Of a stretch of 64,000 nt of DNA, positions 51,601 through 57,947 are shown one piece after another. The position numbers and the translations under genes are program-made. The stretch lies in IMG/VR virus record IMGVR_UViG_3300045988_128133; one strand, written 5' to 3'. Within the stretch, counting starts at the first letter, position 1. Every line of letters begins with the position of its first letter. Source of the stretch: a virus. Under the pieces are notes generated by a model. It did not search any database, was not told where the DNA came from, and saw only the letters and a program-made list of their open reading frames with translations.

Positions 51601-52242
51601 GCGAATAGCAAACTCCCGGTCTATAGTTGGGGTGTCAAGTCTATCCGTTCTCTGGGTGGAGATACCCCCGACCTTAGCTGGGGAGCATTCGCCGCGCAGA
51701 CGATTGGTACGGGGATGCGTAGGCCGAAGGACCTGACGGAAACCTTCGCTCAAGGGTTGAAGAATTCCCAAGCTTCGCTCAACCGAGCCAAGCGTATGAC
51801 GATTCTCAAGCCGAACTACTATAAGCGAATGGAGTCCGGGGCTGACGTGGATGCCGTGGTTGCCGAGGAATCCGAGGCTATCATTAAGAGCTATACCAAC
51901 GTGGTGAACGGGGTGCGCTTCGTCTATGGACTGAGCCGAACCTTGCCAGAGAATATGAGGGATGCTGTCCTTGCCTCCGCTATTGAACGTTCCGGCATGA
52001 GTGCCAACAGGTTCAAGGCGGCCATGAGTGGCATCCTCCCTGAACTGATTAGCAAGGAGTCTGCCAAGGAAGCCATTGCTCGTCTCCAACTGGAAGATAA
52101 AAAGGCAAGCACGACGGAACGTGGTCATGAACTGATTCAGAAACAGATTGACCTCATCCTCCAGCAGGCTGGAAGCGGTTCCGTGGATGTCAATGACAGA
52201 GCCTTGAGCCAGAAGGAAATTGATGGTTCTCTTCGACAGTAG
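42643..52242 (+). CDS. giant 3199-aa protein with HEAIH zincin-like metallopeptidase motif; candidate polyvalent/ejected virion protein or tape-measure-like protein
   Basis: Single uninterrupted ORF. N-terminal K/E-rich coiled coil; TLIHEAIHLLDRH (HExxH) near aa 1480. Long helical/Ala-rich segments. Followed by a strong terminator. Confidence 0.65.
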   Translation: MAIDFTTASPADWNPSSEITGIREARAAEKHAAWQRGQEQKALDRQKKEAEEAQKQAVKGVEAEADFFTHLSGVLDTERKEQEKRAKEQKTEARKEVTEARADIQFEQGQADRARAERDRDVKSLSRRNMGLNFEALEDMTDYVGRSADSFVDLKEGAKANPQVMEKLGNSLGLNVVSSNSLTPTDPAFTSRFGFSVGADGQPVITEKFLAIAADRNRSSKDVSTAIARTLAAERKSYIKANTTVAPDSAAKAEAEAPETMEAEEIKAIIDSIRREDVNTFNAARKVYDKYNTASTESIQGKAAKPREASVGELGVGESFDTAPSFTGNVFAELANLSKSPSTMFRLVRDYGKYVADTASTVAADARAAEAGKRAVTAAKTIDNLVKQMEDEYEGINSVALRDALMNEAKVAEAAVKRLAPMVDLDEMRAMADKKSHELGRTIESDYRRDYADTLYAELEKRNPGLSRDLIRTLGTTELLDKHTVGLKKRGSLDDAVAGAMSQYRSAAGQVADVLTFQPKASVGKTSDPLSAMEWRQGARGWEYGVVGGPTFEVSTEQLRDYMKNYGIKSTKDALNSLSHAARQGDLNLGRGTLFAYNPHTKEVDTNATLQYNPNALYDDDLFNRSVNQLQESGANPELIERTIEQWKKARTKSASEMVKQNMELEETLGALRDTWMGTGAGFAGGWVMDRLDKMLSFKEFYNSGKENGQSDEQILAAWQKEGQGAINSILRGLQIGAHKFADIGTGAVAGSLLFASNLIGSDTGREKARTMWNTLNEKQQAEGELVKGNLMADMSAEIVNLGYQMVATHVGGTVGSVAGRALERTAVNGLIKASAKVIARKTEALVPAARPGLASGISGGVQRVLNQAAAIDLQRVGAGAGVNTVIASQIVPQAYSEIFYAVYDREMDGKEHTAENLEAAQAKANRRAMMGAGIAGGMSVLINNRMGMESFIRKAVGAKNLRRENWFNRVDDRLSNWRRKNWKDMTNVEKVKAVSSYLYSCAKVSAEGATEELADEFQEWAVTELAKNGEISEQSIGTFEGVVEVGAKVAFLGALGGVYGARIAGETPAQFQLPAIEPTESKVFRDASQLVDSTGKALESVDPTGPAAPLLETGMRTIEIAGDRGDVELVATEWVNKTITDEALQLTDEQRKQWISRAPALGMTNFQSFRGYVQEASDRYQYEGESAAAEYLAGVIRDLPNTMAYANDTNVSVMRSMLTEAFDAMKSREANVPLDDHLDLQGTGDESLDEASVVINTLTNEPTETTEAVAPTETTETAAREEANKIVAPVQNFLDNGTGREAAEETVNTLAAGTATFDPNTGAWLASGSLEQRAEKLVVLNSMTSPTGPVVTTNTGESIVMTPNASMYAPSANAKAEEAPTTKWGNAVMSLDLPTDGTGVNGINLLNRLSVNATPAQKKAIEGLTQALNAAGLDLAVRMSTATDGNFSPAMITYNQGADGELAGGVIDLFTNRENAVEGTTGTLIHEAIHLLDRHLRKNNAEYGREMSKLRSAMAARFNDIHAVLREAYDNSLDPNEMNAIAAVMNDLAYGIKGADEFASVVFSNPVINSLVMGFTGKNADMDMLTRYAETTGKRKPIHNRIIDWLRDLFHEVRNEMQNAPVLDEAEWNAYVQRVADVAPEGAWYSLDRPETYAVNVTDYTGNKLGKSYFNPMAYESGLSQRMSFGVAAEIVGSSSGNWATMFRNGWRMTRWGQGGINVPTPEQRLVLQEQMVNLSASYERVNKRLGKVKELADKYVQKNNLTTDARQKLASAIIDTAGNLDNDIDPETVERINRETNAEIAQLKETRDYRINAAKQHVQRVVNQNAELIRAANLMANTSEGRASINEMIRLLNEVGREGYASTVNAETMAPAMNQRLTESMDSLGSRVRDLGNAALASRYYALARDTKSYILDQVNGVESPFTLDELQEGWDNLRSDYLRDELSKNVETANMLRDIKEAKAQAREWIKEANAEYAQATRHTGIKADGTVVESGIVWKKRDAALLEARRKKQAEFMARREAGEKYLKEQGVIGNLIYNAVVDARKEIAVTQMAIARITGDSKMEDNAKRMDYLHRTYLAVGKHAGDYTKTMREIIANPNGETAQAFKGLTVLLNEAATAHAETHQREMAETVSTVLDNMQALATLHDELNLEVVPAGDTANENNALLFNGVAKNFRSRNILDFIHDNYGEIQLASDLKNGMNMSSIYDKAMSMIVQSDRYTAKRLDKVKRRLRTEAQDKYIESLLQGVPGDTLLDKLGSFNSGDALAHRINEILPMVPVNAINQIWNTPHLDIEEKLNDVVDLLRKQAEIQMNLNGLGNVINAQDIKTLEYPQLAELAMAHAKEAIDEVLSKKRTREDVTSMRKREPEWKRKAMHELHDTTIGEAIGVLQNTVSLQSKLAVNQVLSDEYATVLKDQGVVVAEDSADRTPDMVEVMLKNKRNSLNGLYTTPDVARAIYKIYMPSDEIMDSKTSTYEDVRKYWKSHTGRPGFLSKTGGYINMATLIASPGSTFRNAYGTAAQMLHAGAFPVKGLKDIGSLVKEWGQMHKLYLKAQEGGIGAESSAQKLLQAESKYNEKIRYWQEIGLLDAGQGEFLRNIWKSEEFATMQGELESTDSEDSFYAFAEALEDKRSKTTIKDVAKKAGHGVAYPVKLAAFAYGMPDAAAKIALFGNQQALSRKQLEVQLERATMRAAAGEELNARQKALVRAAGNGEVAWNAYVDRHAASKVKTLLPTGTRTPKWVKYMGQYVAPYFMFQYHTFQSAMYNVGYGMEEISDGVWAMKNGMSKDGAYLVTRGLGRFMGSAAALTAMPMLSRWALITALHTLYGDDEDKMQFITNEGALRKMAEAGLFPEYDKYGDLLAVVDKERNEFTYFNLDYVNPYKNVVKSFGTLYRLAVKYDEDKWSSNPMGELHNLLEGTVLSPSMGLATLFEVLDAEGFHYQYATTGNENVDFIPAVVNALTLTAGFEPSMSGGHTWEWAERLATTANSKLPVYSWGVKSIRSLGGDTPDLSWGAFAAQTIGTGMRRPKDLTETFAQGLKNSQASLNRAKRMTILKPNYYKRMESGADVDAVVAEESEAIIKSYTNVVNGVRFVYGLSRTLPENMRDAVLASAIERSGMSANRFKAAMSGILPELISKESAKEAIARLQLEDKKASTTERGHELIQKQIDLILQQAGSGSVDVNDRALSQKEIDGSLRQ

Positions 52243-52265
52243 GCTACATTAAATCCTTGACTTAC

Positions 52266-52308
52266 AGAGGGCATGGGGGGTACAATCCTCCCATGCCCTC
52301 TTTTCGTA
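52266..52308 (+). terminator. rho-independent terminator (12-bp stem AGAGGGCATGGG / CCCATGCCCTCT, loop GGGTACAATCCT, TTTTCG)
   Basis: It overlaps the candidate promoter TTGACT(52257-52262)...TACAAT(52281-52286). Confidence 0.65.
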
Positions 52309-52370
52309 TAGTACCCAATCATGTCAGAGCCACCCCTCCCGGTGGCTGGAAATTTATTGTCCCGGAATCT

Positions 52371-52904
52371 ATGAGCGTTCGACTGAAAGGTGTTAAGGTT
52401 GAAGGACCTACGCTTGAACAGCTCAGGAAAAACGTTACCCGCCTCTTCATCAACAACGGGGAACCTTTCCGAAATGAAGCTTTCGAATCTGAACTATGCT
52501 CCTATCTCCCCCCGGAGTATTGTCAGACGTGCGGAGATAAGGGTATCGAGTGGCGGGAATATGAACCCATGTCTGCACGCAAAGTCCTGTCCTTCTTTGC
52601 CACGATGGTATTGTGGTATAGACAGGGGCACAGGTTTGTAAGCAGTGAAGAGGCTCGACGACGCTACGATATTTGCAGGAACTGCCCTCGTGCTACGGAC
52701 GTACCTCCCCCAGGTTTGGATAAGGAAGGGTGTGCTACCTGCGGTGCCGAAGGGGCTGGAAGAAAATTCTTAAAAGAGAAAACACAAAATCTTGTGGACC
52801 TCTCTGGCGGGCGGCCTCCCTTATACTGCACCTTGTGTGGTTGTGACCTGACGGTGAAGGCCCACTTTGATATAGACTCTGACTGTTGGAAGAAAAATTC
52901 TTGA
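52371..52904 (+). CDS. Cys-rich (4x CxxC) hypothetical protein
   Basis: Start moved to the first ATG downstream of the terminator. CQTC...CRNC...CATC...CTLCGC. Confidence 0.4.
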   Translation: MSVRLKGVKVEGPTLEQLRKNVTRLFINNGEPFRNEAFESELCSYLPPEYCQTCGDKGIEWREYEPMSARKVLSFFATMVLWYRQGHRFVSSEEARRRYDICRNCPRATDVPPPGLDKEGCATCGAEGAGRKFLKEKTQNLVDLSGGRPPLYCTLCGCDLTVKAHFDIDSDCWKKNS

Positions 52905-52951
52905 CAATAATAAAACAACAGTCATACTGGCGTTGCTATGAAAGAGCAACG
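52901..52951 (+). promoter_or_regulatory. sigma70-like promoter TTGACA-17-ATACTG followed by 5' stem-loop CGTTGCT/AGCAACG
   Basis: Hexamers at 52901-52906 and 52924-52929. The hairpin is at 52931-52951. Confidence 0.45.
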
Positions 52952-52972
52952 AACTAGAAAGAAACTAACACA

Positions 52973-53539
52973 ATGAAGAGAGAAGAATGCAAAGTAGGAA
53001 CAATGGTCCGGGTTACTTGTGGCGAACACAAATCTGCTATAGGTATTATCAAGGAAGATGATGGAACCGGAACATTGCCTATCAGAGTCAGATACATTGA
53101 TGAGACAGGCTACGATTTCTACGAACCCTTTGAGTTAGAACCTTACTCATGCACAGACATTAACCACAACGAATCCAAAATGAAAACCACCTTTGAACCT
53201 GAAGAACTTAAAAACATAACCCTGCATAAGGGAAGCACCGCATATATCAAATCTTCACAGGGCGGGGTCCCTGTCGTCCTTGGCGTTGAAGTGGACCATA
53301 TCTCCTACGATATTGAACGCAAAACTGTTGAAGTGACATACACCAACCACCATTTCAGGACTCAGGAATGCGGCACTTTGAATCTGGAAGTATTCTTCTG
53401 TGCAGACGATGCCAACATGTCAGCTATTCGAGAATACGAACGTGTAGTCCAGAGCCTCAAGCGCGGCTGGGAATCAGCAGAAGCTCATTTAGAACAGCTC
53501 AAAAAAAATCATAAGGATAAAAACTATATCGTCAAATAA
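52973..53539 (+). CDS. hypothetical protein (MKREECK N-terminus, paralog of ORF 27037)
   Basis: About 27 nt around the start codon are near-identical to 27031-27057. Confidence 0.5.
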   Translation: MKREECKVGTMVRVTCGEHKSAIGIIKEDDGTGTLPIRVRYIDETGYDFYEPFELEPYSCTDINHNESKMKTTFEPEELKNITLHKGSTAYIKSSQGGVPVVLGVEVDHISYDIERKTVEVTYTNHHFRTQECGTLNLEVFFCADDANMSAIREYERVVQSLKRGWESAEAHLEQLKKNHKDKNYIVK

Positions 53540-53542
53540 AGA

Positions 53543-53572
53543 TTGACAGCTTGAATGGTAACATGGTATAAA
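53543..53572 (+). promoter_or_regulatory. sigma70-like promoter TTGACA-18-TATAAA with no downstream ORF
   Basis: Consensus hexamers. The next 55 nt are non-coding and end in a strong hairpin. Confidence 0.4.
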
Positions 53573-53578
53573 ACCCTT

Positions 53579-53665
53579 GCAACGATAGACATTCTGTTTG
53601 GACTGTAAGTTGTGTTTGGGTTCTTAGCATCGGCCCCCGTAGGTTAATTCCTACGGGGGCCATGT
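53579..53665 (+). ncRNA. candidate small RNA (about 85 nt) between promoter and terminator
   Basis: Promoter at 53543-53572, no ORF, and a 12-bp-stem terminator at 53632-53661 followed by a U-rich tail. Confidence 0.3.
53632..53661. terminator. bidirectional terminator at convergence point (GGCCCCCGTAGG-TTAATT-CCTACGGGGGCC)
   Basis: 12-bp perfect stem between the last + gene/sRNA and the stop of the - strand ORF 53668..54168. Confidence 0.7.
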
Positions 53666-53667
53666 GC

Positions 53668-54168
53668 TTATTTAGATTCAAGGTGGGCGACAAGTTGTGT
53701 AATCGCTCCAATGCAGGCTTGCAATTCGGAAGCTGGATTAACATCCGCTAGCCTGTCATGTGTCCAGATGTTGAAGAGTCGTACAAGAATCCTGTCCTCT
53801 TCACATTCTTTATAGCTTTTAGCCATCACTGTGCGCTGAAACTGTTTCAAGATTAGGTGAAGCTCATAGGTCTCAAATACTTTCGCCCAGTTTTTGGCAT
53901 GGTATTCGAGGTACCACTTAGCCTTCTTGAGGTCTTCAATGCGGTTCTTCTTGTACCGTGAACGCATCAAATATTTTACGGCGTTGCCAAGGGCAAAGGG
54001 AAGCTTGCCTGTAATCTGGATAGCTTCAATTCCGCTGGGGTGTGATGTATAATGGGAGGGATGATTAACTGCATCATGGGTAATGGAATCCTCTTCAGGA
54101 ATATCTGCAAAAGCCTGGGTCTTTACCCGGCTTGCCACTACCGCATTGATTACTTCGTGTTCTTGCAT
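53668..54168 (-). CDS. hypothetical protein with NHPxHY motif (DUF3310-like)
   Basis: VNHPSHYTSHP resembles the conserved NHP motif of the phage DUF3310 family. The assignment is from memory only. Confidence 0.4.
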   Translation of the reverse strand: MQEHEVINAVVASRVKTQAFADIPEEDSITHDAVNHPSHYTSHPSGIEAIQITGKLPFALGNAVKYLMRSRYKKNRIEDLKKAKWYLEYHAKNWAKVFETYELHLILKQFQRTVMAKSYKECEEDRILVRLFNIWTHDRLADVNPASELQACIGAITQLVAHLESK

Positions 54169-54734
54169 TGATTTATAAGAGCTTTATAGATTAAACGTTG
54201 TTGATATTTTTGAACAAAGTGTTGGATGTTTAGAATGAAATCCGCAGGGACTGCGACTAGAGTATATTTTCTAGCGTATCTTCGTAGCAGATACCGCACC
54301 ATTCCATTTGTTTTTCCTACGATTTCTTTAGCTTTAACAGCATCTCCCACCAGTGTCACTACCATGGAAATATGGTGCTGAACACCGTTAAGATAATAAC
54401 CGACCGAAAAGGCGTTGCTGTCTGCCTTCCACATTATAGCACACTCTGAGTCCTCACCGTAGCGAGGACCTTTGGATGCCTTCGGTCTATCACTGGCGAG
54501 AATTGCGCCATAGTTTAATTGACTGCTGGTTAAGGGTTTGGCACTGGATAGGTCCGTATCTACCCACTTGTCGTGTTTAGGGTATAAGTCTGTTATAATA
54601 CGCCTGCGGGCTTCAAGCTGGTCTCTCCCCAGGCGCACACCCCATGCGTGGTATGTCTCTTTAATTCGCCGATAGGAATCCGGGGTATTATTGAACAGCT
54701 GATAGCGGCCAGGGCCGTAGTATAGGCGAGGCAT
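54150..54734 (-). CDS. hypothetical protein
   Basis: 194-aa ORF. Confidence 0.45.
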   Translation of the reverse strand: MPRLYYGPGRYQLFNNTPDSYRRIKETYHAWGVRLGRDQLEARRRIITDLYPKHDKWVDTDLSSAKPLTSSQLNYGAILASDRPKASKGPRYGEDSECAIMWKADSNAFSVGYYLNGVQHHISMVVTLVGDAVKAKEIVGKTNGMVRYLLRRYARKYTLVAVPADFILNIQHFVQKYQQRLIYKALINQCKNTK

Positions 54735-55405
54735 TAGTCCAGATATATAGCTGAGTTATGGATGCGATTTGGGCAGTGGGGGATATCCTCGAATGCCCAG
54801 CTTAAGCCGTATTTGTAGCTCATGGCTATCTTCAATGTAGTGAAGAGACTCCGTATCTGAGGCTGAGCCGCGCCATCAAGACGCATACGGAAGATATGCC
54901 TCCACTCCCGGAGGTTAGCAGTCATAGCAATGGTTGTGGCTGTGCAGTTAGGGAGAAGACCGCGGGCTTCTTCAGGGGGCAGTCCTTCTTCACTAATCAG
55001 CTCAGCATAAGTGTACACCAGAGATAGGCACTTACCTTTGAACAGCCTGACAACTGTGGAAGGGGTTGAAGGGTCTCCAAAGAACTGAGGCTTAACCAGT
55101 TGAATAATTCCCTTCTTGTTGTAGTTCACGTACCTCTGAGACTCCATAGAGAAGGCGCAGTGGCGGTGACGTACCAGCTGGTGAGTTACACTCCTGTCCG
55201 TAGTTAGAACGGCAGAGATATTGATGTGTTCCAGTACGCTTTCATGTCCCCTATGGAGAATTTTAGACAGGAAAGCTACCGGGTCTCCTTTAGGTTCGCT
55301 TTTGTAGCAGGTGCGTCCGGCTTCTTCTGCCATAGATATGGCCTCAGAAACAGTTTCCTTACTAAGGGGGAGTCTTACCTGCTGGTCAATCCATTCGATG
55401 TCCAT
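54734..55405 (-). CDS. thyX: flavin-dependent thymidylate synthase
   Basis: ThyX signature RHRHCAFSMES (RHR-x7-S). The size of 223 aa is typical. Confidence 0.75.
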   Translation of the reverse strand: MDIEWIDQQVRLPLSKETVSEAISMAEEAGRTCYKSEPKGDPVAFLSKILHRGHESVLEHINISAVLTTDRSVTHQLVRHRHCAFSMESQRYVNYNKKGIIQLVKPQFFGDPSTPSTVVRLFKGKCLSLVYTYAELISEEGLPPEEARGLLPNCTATTIAMTANLREWRHIFRMRLDGAAQPQIRSLFTTLKIAMSYKYGLSWAFEDIPHCPNRIHNSAIYLD

Positions 55406-55417
55406 TGTTGTCTGTGT

Positions 55418-55735
55418 TTAAGAGTTCTTTAATTCATTTTCCATTCTTCTCAATGCTGTTCTGGATAAGAGTTCTTTAACTCTTTCCTCAGCATCTTCAA
55501 TGCTGGTGTAAGTCCAACCGTAAGTTCCCCATTCTTCAGGGCTTGGCAAGTATTCATCCCCAGCTTTAGTACCAGTGAAGTCATTGTCTTTTGTTCTGGT
55601 TCGGACAACGACCACTTCATACCTCCGGGTCTTCCCTTCGGGGTGGGTTTGTGAATAAAGGGCTACGTGTTTTTCCCTCCTTATCAGAGTACATGTGAAG
55701 GGTTTGCGGATGTATTCGTCAGGAATCTTTTTCAT
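55418..55735 (-). CDS. hypothetical protein
   Basis: 105-aa ORF. Confidence 0.45.
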   Translation of the reverse strand: MKKIPDEYIRKPFTCTLIRREKHVALYSQTHPEGKTRRYEVVVVRTRTKDNDFTGTKAGDEYLPSPEEWGTYGWTYTSIEDAEERVKELLSRTALRRMENELKNS

Positions 55736-57707
55736 TTTGTTTGAGCATGTTTAGGAATTCTTTCTCACTAATCACCGGGACTTTATGGAGTGCCGCAACC
55801 TTTTGCTTGTGTTCTCCGGGGGAGTCTCCGACAACTAGATAGCTGGTCTTTCTGGATATATTCTCCTTAACACTGCCACCCATCCGTTTTACCAGCATAG
55901 CATACACAGAGCGGGGCTGGTTCAGCGTTCCCGTGATAACGAAGTTAATGCCTTTCAGGGTCTGGTTCTCTGGAAGGTTGCCCTTAACATCAACAATATC
56001 TTCACGCAGAACTGCGTAGTACATATCATTCCATGCAGGGTGCTGTTCAATCCAGTTCAGGATTTCCTCCGTCATTGCGCTTCCGAAACCTTCAATGTTC
56101 CCCTTCTTCAAATCGTCAGGGAAGAGGGTAAAGAAAGCTGACAGGGAAGAATATCTCCAGGACAGGTTTACGGCTCTGGTTTTGCCTATGTGGGGAATAC
56201 CCATTGCCGTAATCCATTGCTCCAGTTTAGCGTCCTTTCTCCGCTTGTCAAGACATTCCTTCAACCTTTTAGTCCCCGGTATCTGTGTAATCATGTCATC
56301 ATAATCTCCAAGCATCAGAGGGAGCCACGGGTACTGGGCATCCGAAGGTATCTCTGCACACAGGTCAAGGCTGTCGTCAACGTATTCACGGAACCGGGCA
56401 ACGAGGTTGCGGGCTACCGCAGGCCCCATGCCGTCAATGTCCAGAGCGTTCTTCCCACAGGCGTAAACGAGACTAGCCGCCATGCGTCCCCAGCAGTTGG
56501 GGTTAGGGCATACGAGGTTATCCGCTTCCAGACCTTTCTGCACGATGAGAGAGTGCTGACATTCCGGGCAGGATGCAGGGGACTTCGTACTAGTATTTGC
56601 AAGCTGAACCACCTTTCGGATAAAGGGAATGATTTCTCCTGCTTTCACCACTTCAACCACGTCCCCGACATGATAGAGCTGGGCGTTGGAGTAGTTGGAA
56701 AGCGTGGCACGCCGGACTTCGGTACCTCCAATGATAACTGGGTCAAACTCTGCCACTGGGGTCAATACTCCGGTTCTTCCTACCTGCCAGACAATCTTTC
56801 GGATGGTGGTATCTACCCCTCGCGGGTGGAACTTGAACGCAATAGCATCCTTCGGGTGATGAGCCGTAGGTTCTCCGGCCTCTTCAATATCCTGCAACGA
56901 AATCAGTTTAAGGACAAGGCCGTCCGTAGGATATTCCGTATCATACTGAAGTCCCTTTTGAAGAGCCTCCAGAAAATCCTGGGTAATTTCCCCATCAGTC
57001 AGGGGATTCCATATGCGTTGAGGGGGAACTACTCCGAACTGGCGTTCCATATAGACACCCGCATAAGCGCGAGATACGGGGGCTTCCATGTCGAAGGGCA
57101 TGAAACGGATAAGGAGGTCTTCCGCATTGAGGCGATTGTTCCTGAGCTGTCCCACAGCACAGGCCCGGAGATTAGAGTAGCCCATAGCCAGAGCTTTCGC
57201 TTCATTCTCCACAGCTACCACCACTTCACCGCGAATGGTACCAGAGAAGGGGGAGTCCAACGCAAAGGCCGTATCGGGAAGGAAGGATTTAAGCCGGGAC
57301 ATGGGAACAATTTCTCCACGGGTTCCGTTGCCACGGGTGACACCGCGGATGAGCAAACCATCCTCATAATAGAGAACGAGAGTTAGCCCATCGTATTTAG
57401 GCTCAATGTACACCTTGCGTCCATTTATCCAGCTGTTAAGCTGGGCCACCCCGCTACCATCCTCCCCCTCATGAATCTTGTCGAGGGAGAGGATGCGGTG
57501 GGTATGGACTACAGTCTTCGCTCCCCGCTGTGCGTCGTCACCGAGGGAACAGAGAAGCGGGGACTCAGGGTTACGGCTTCGGAGTTCAGCAATAAGTGCA
57601 TCGTATTCACAATCGGGAACAACAGATAACCCTTCCCCATAATACTTCTGGTTCAGGAATTCAATCCGCTTTTCGAGTTCTGGTGTACTGTAGTCTTGAG
57701 GTTTCAT
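55719..57707 (-). CDS. ligA: NAD-dependent DNA ligase
   Basis: Adenylation motif EPKYDGLTL (KxDG). Zn finger CPECQH...CPNPNC. C-terminal BRCT-like end with GDSPGEHKQK. Confidence 0.8.
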   Translation of the reverse strand: MKPQDYSTPELEKRIEFLNQKYYGEGLSVVPDCEYDALIAELRSRNPESPLLCSLGDDAQRGAKTVVHTHRILSLDKIHEGEDGSGVAQLNSWINGRKVYIEPKYDGLTLVLYYEDGLLIRGVTRGNGTRGEIVPMSRLKSFLPDTAFALDSPFSGTIRGEVVVAVENEAKALAMGYSNLRACAVGQLRNNRLNAEDLLIRFMPFDMEAPVSRAYAGVYMERQFGVVPPQRIWNPLTDGEITQDFLEALQKGLQYDTEYPTDGLVLKLISLQDIEEAGEPTAHHPKDAIAFKFHPRGVDTTIRKIVWQVGRTGVLTPVAEFDPVIIGGTEVRRATLSNYSNAQLYHVGDVVEVVKAGEIIPFIRKVVQLANTSTKSPASCPECQHSLIVQKGLEADNLVCPNPNCWGRMAASLVYACGKNALDIDGMGPAVARNLVARFREYVDDSLDLCAEIPSDAQYPWLPLMLGDYDDMITQIPGTKRLKECLDKRRKDAKLEQWITAMGIPHIGKTRAVNLSWRYSSLSAFFTLFPDDLKKGNIEGFGSAMTEEILNWIEQHPAWNDMYYAVLREDIVDVKGNLPENQTLKGINFVITGTLNQPRSVYAMLVKRMGGSVKENISRKTSYLVVGDSPGEHKQKVAALHKVPVISEKEFLNMLKQNEKDS

Positions 57708-57708
57708 G

Positions 57709-57945
57709 TTAATTCAAGTTTTGAGGATTTCTTAAAATAGTACCGGGGCGTGGTATAGCCATCCGTTCCACGGCCAGCTGGACTTCCTCCCGCACAATGG
57801 ATTTAATACCCCGGATGCCTGTGTTATAGAACGCCAGTCCGATATAGTGGTCCATATTCATGGGGATTCCTTTCTTACTGGCCGCCTTATACCACAGTGG
57901 GATATGCTTTCGGAGGTATTCCCGGATTGATGCTTCGTCTTTCAT
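57709..57945 (-). CDS. hypothetical protein
   Basis: 78-aa ORF. Confidence 0.4.
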   Translation of the reverse strand: MKDEASIREYLRKHIPLWYKAASKKGIPMNMDHYIGLAFYNTGIRGIKSIVREEVQLAVERMAIPRPGTILRNPQNLN

Positions 57946-57947
57946 GA

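Noticed and set aside
42643-52242. Giant protein as an N4-like virion RNA polymerase
   Set aside because: No T7-class RNAP motifs were found: no catalytic motif A DxxxxxD in the proper context, no motif C HD(S/T) with partners, and no motif B R..K....YG. Only an HExxH peptidase signature was recognisable.
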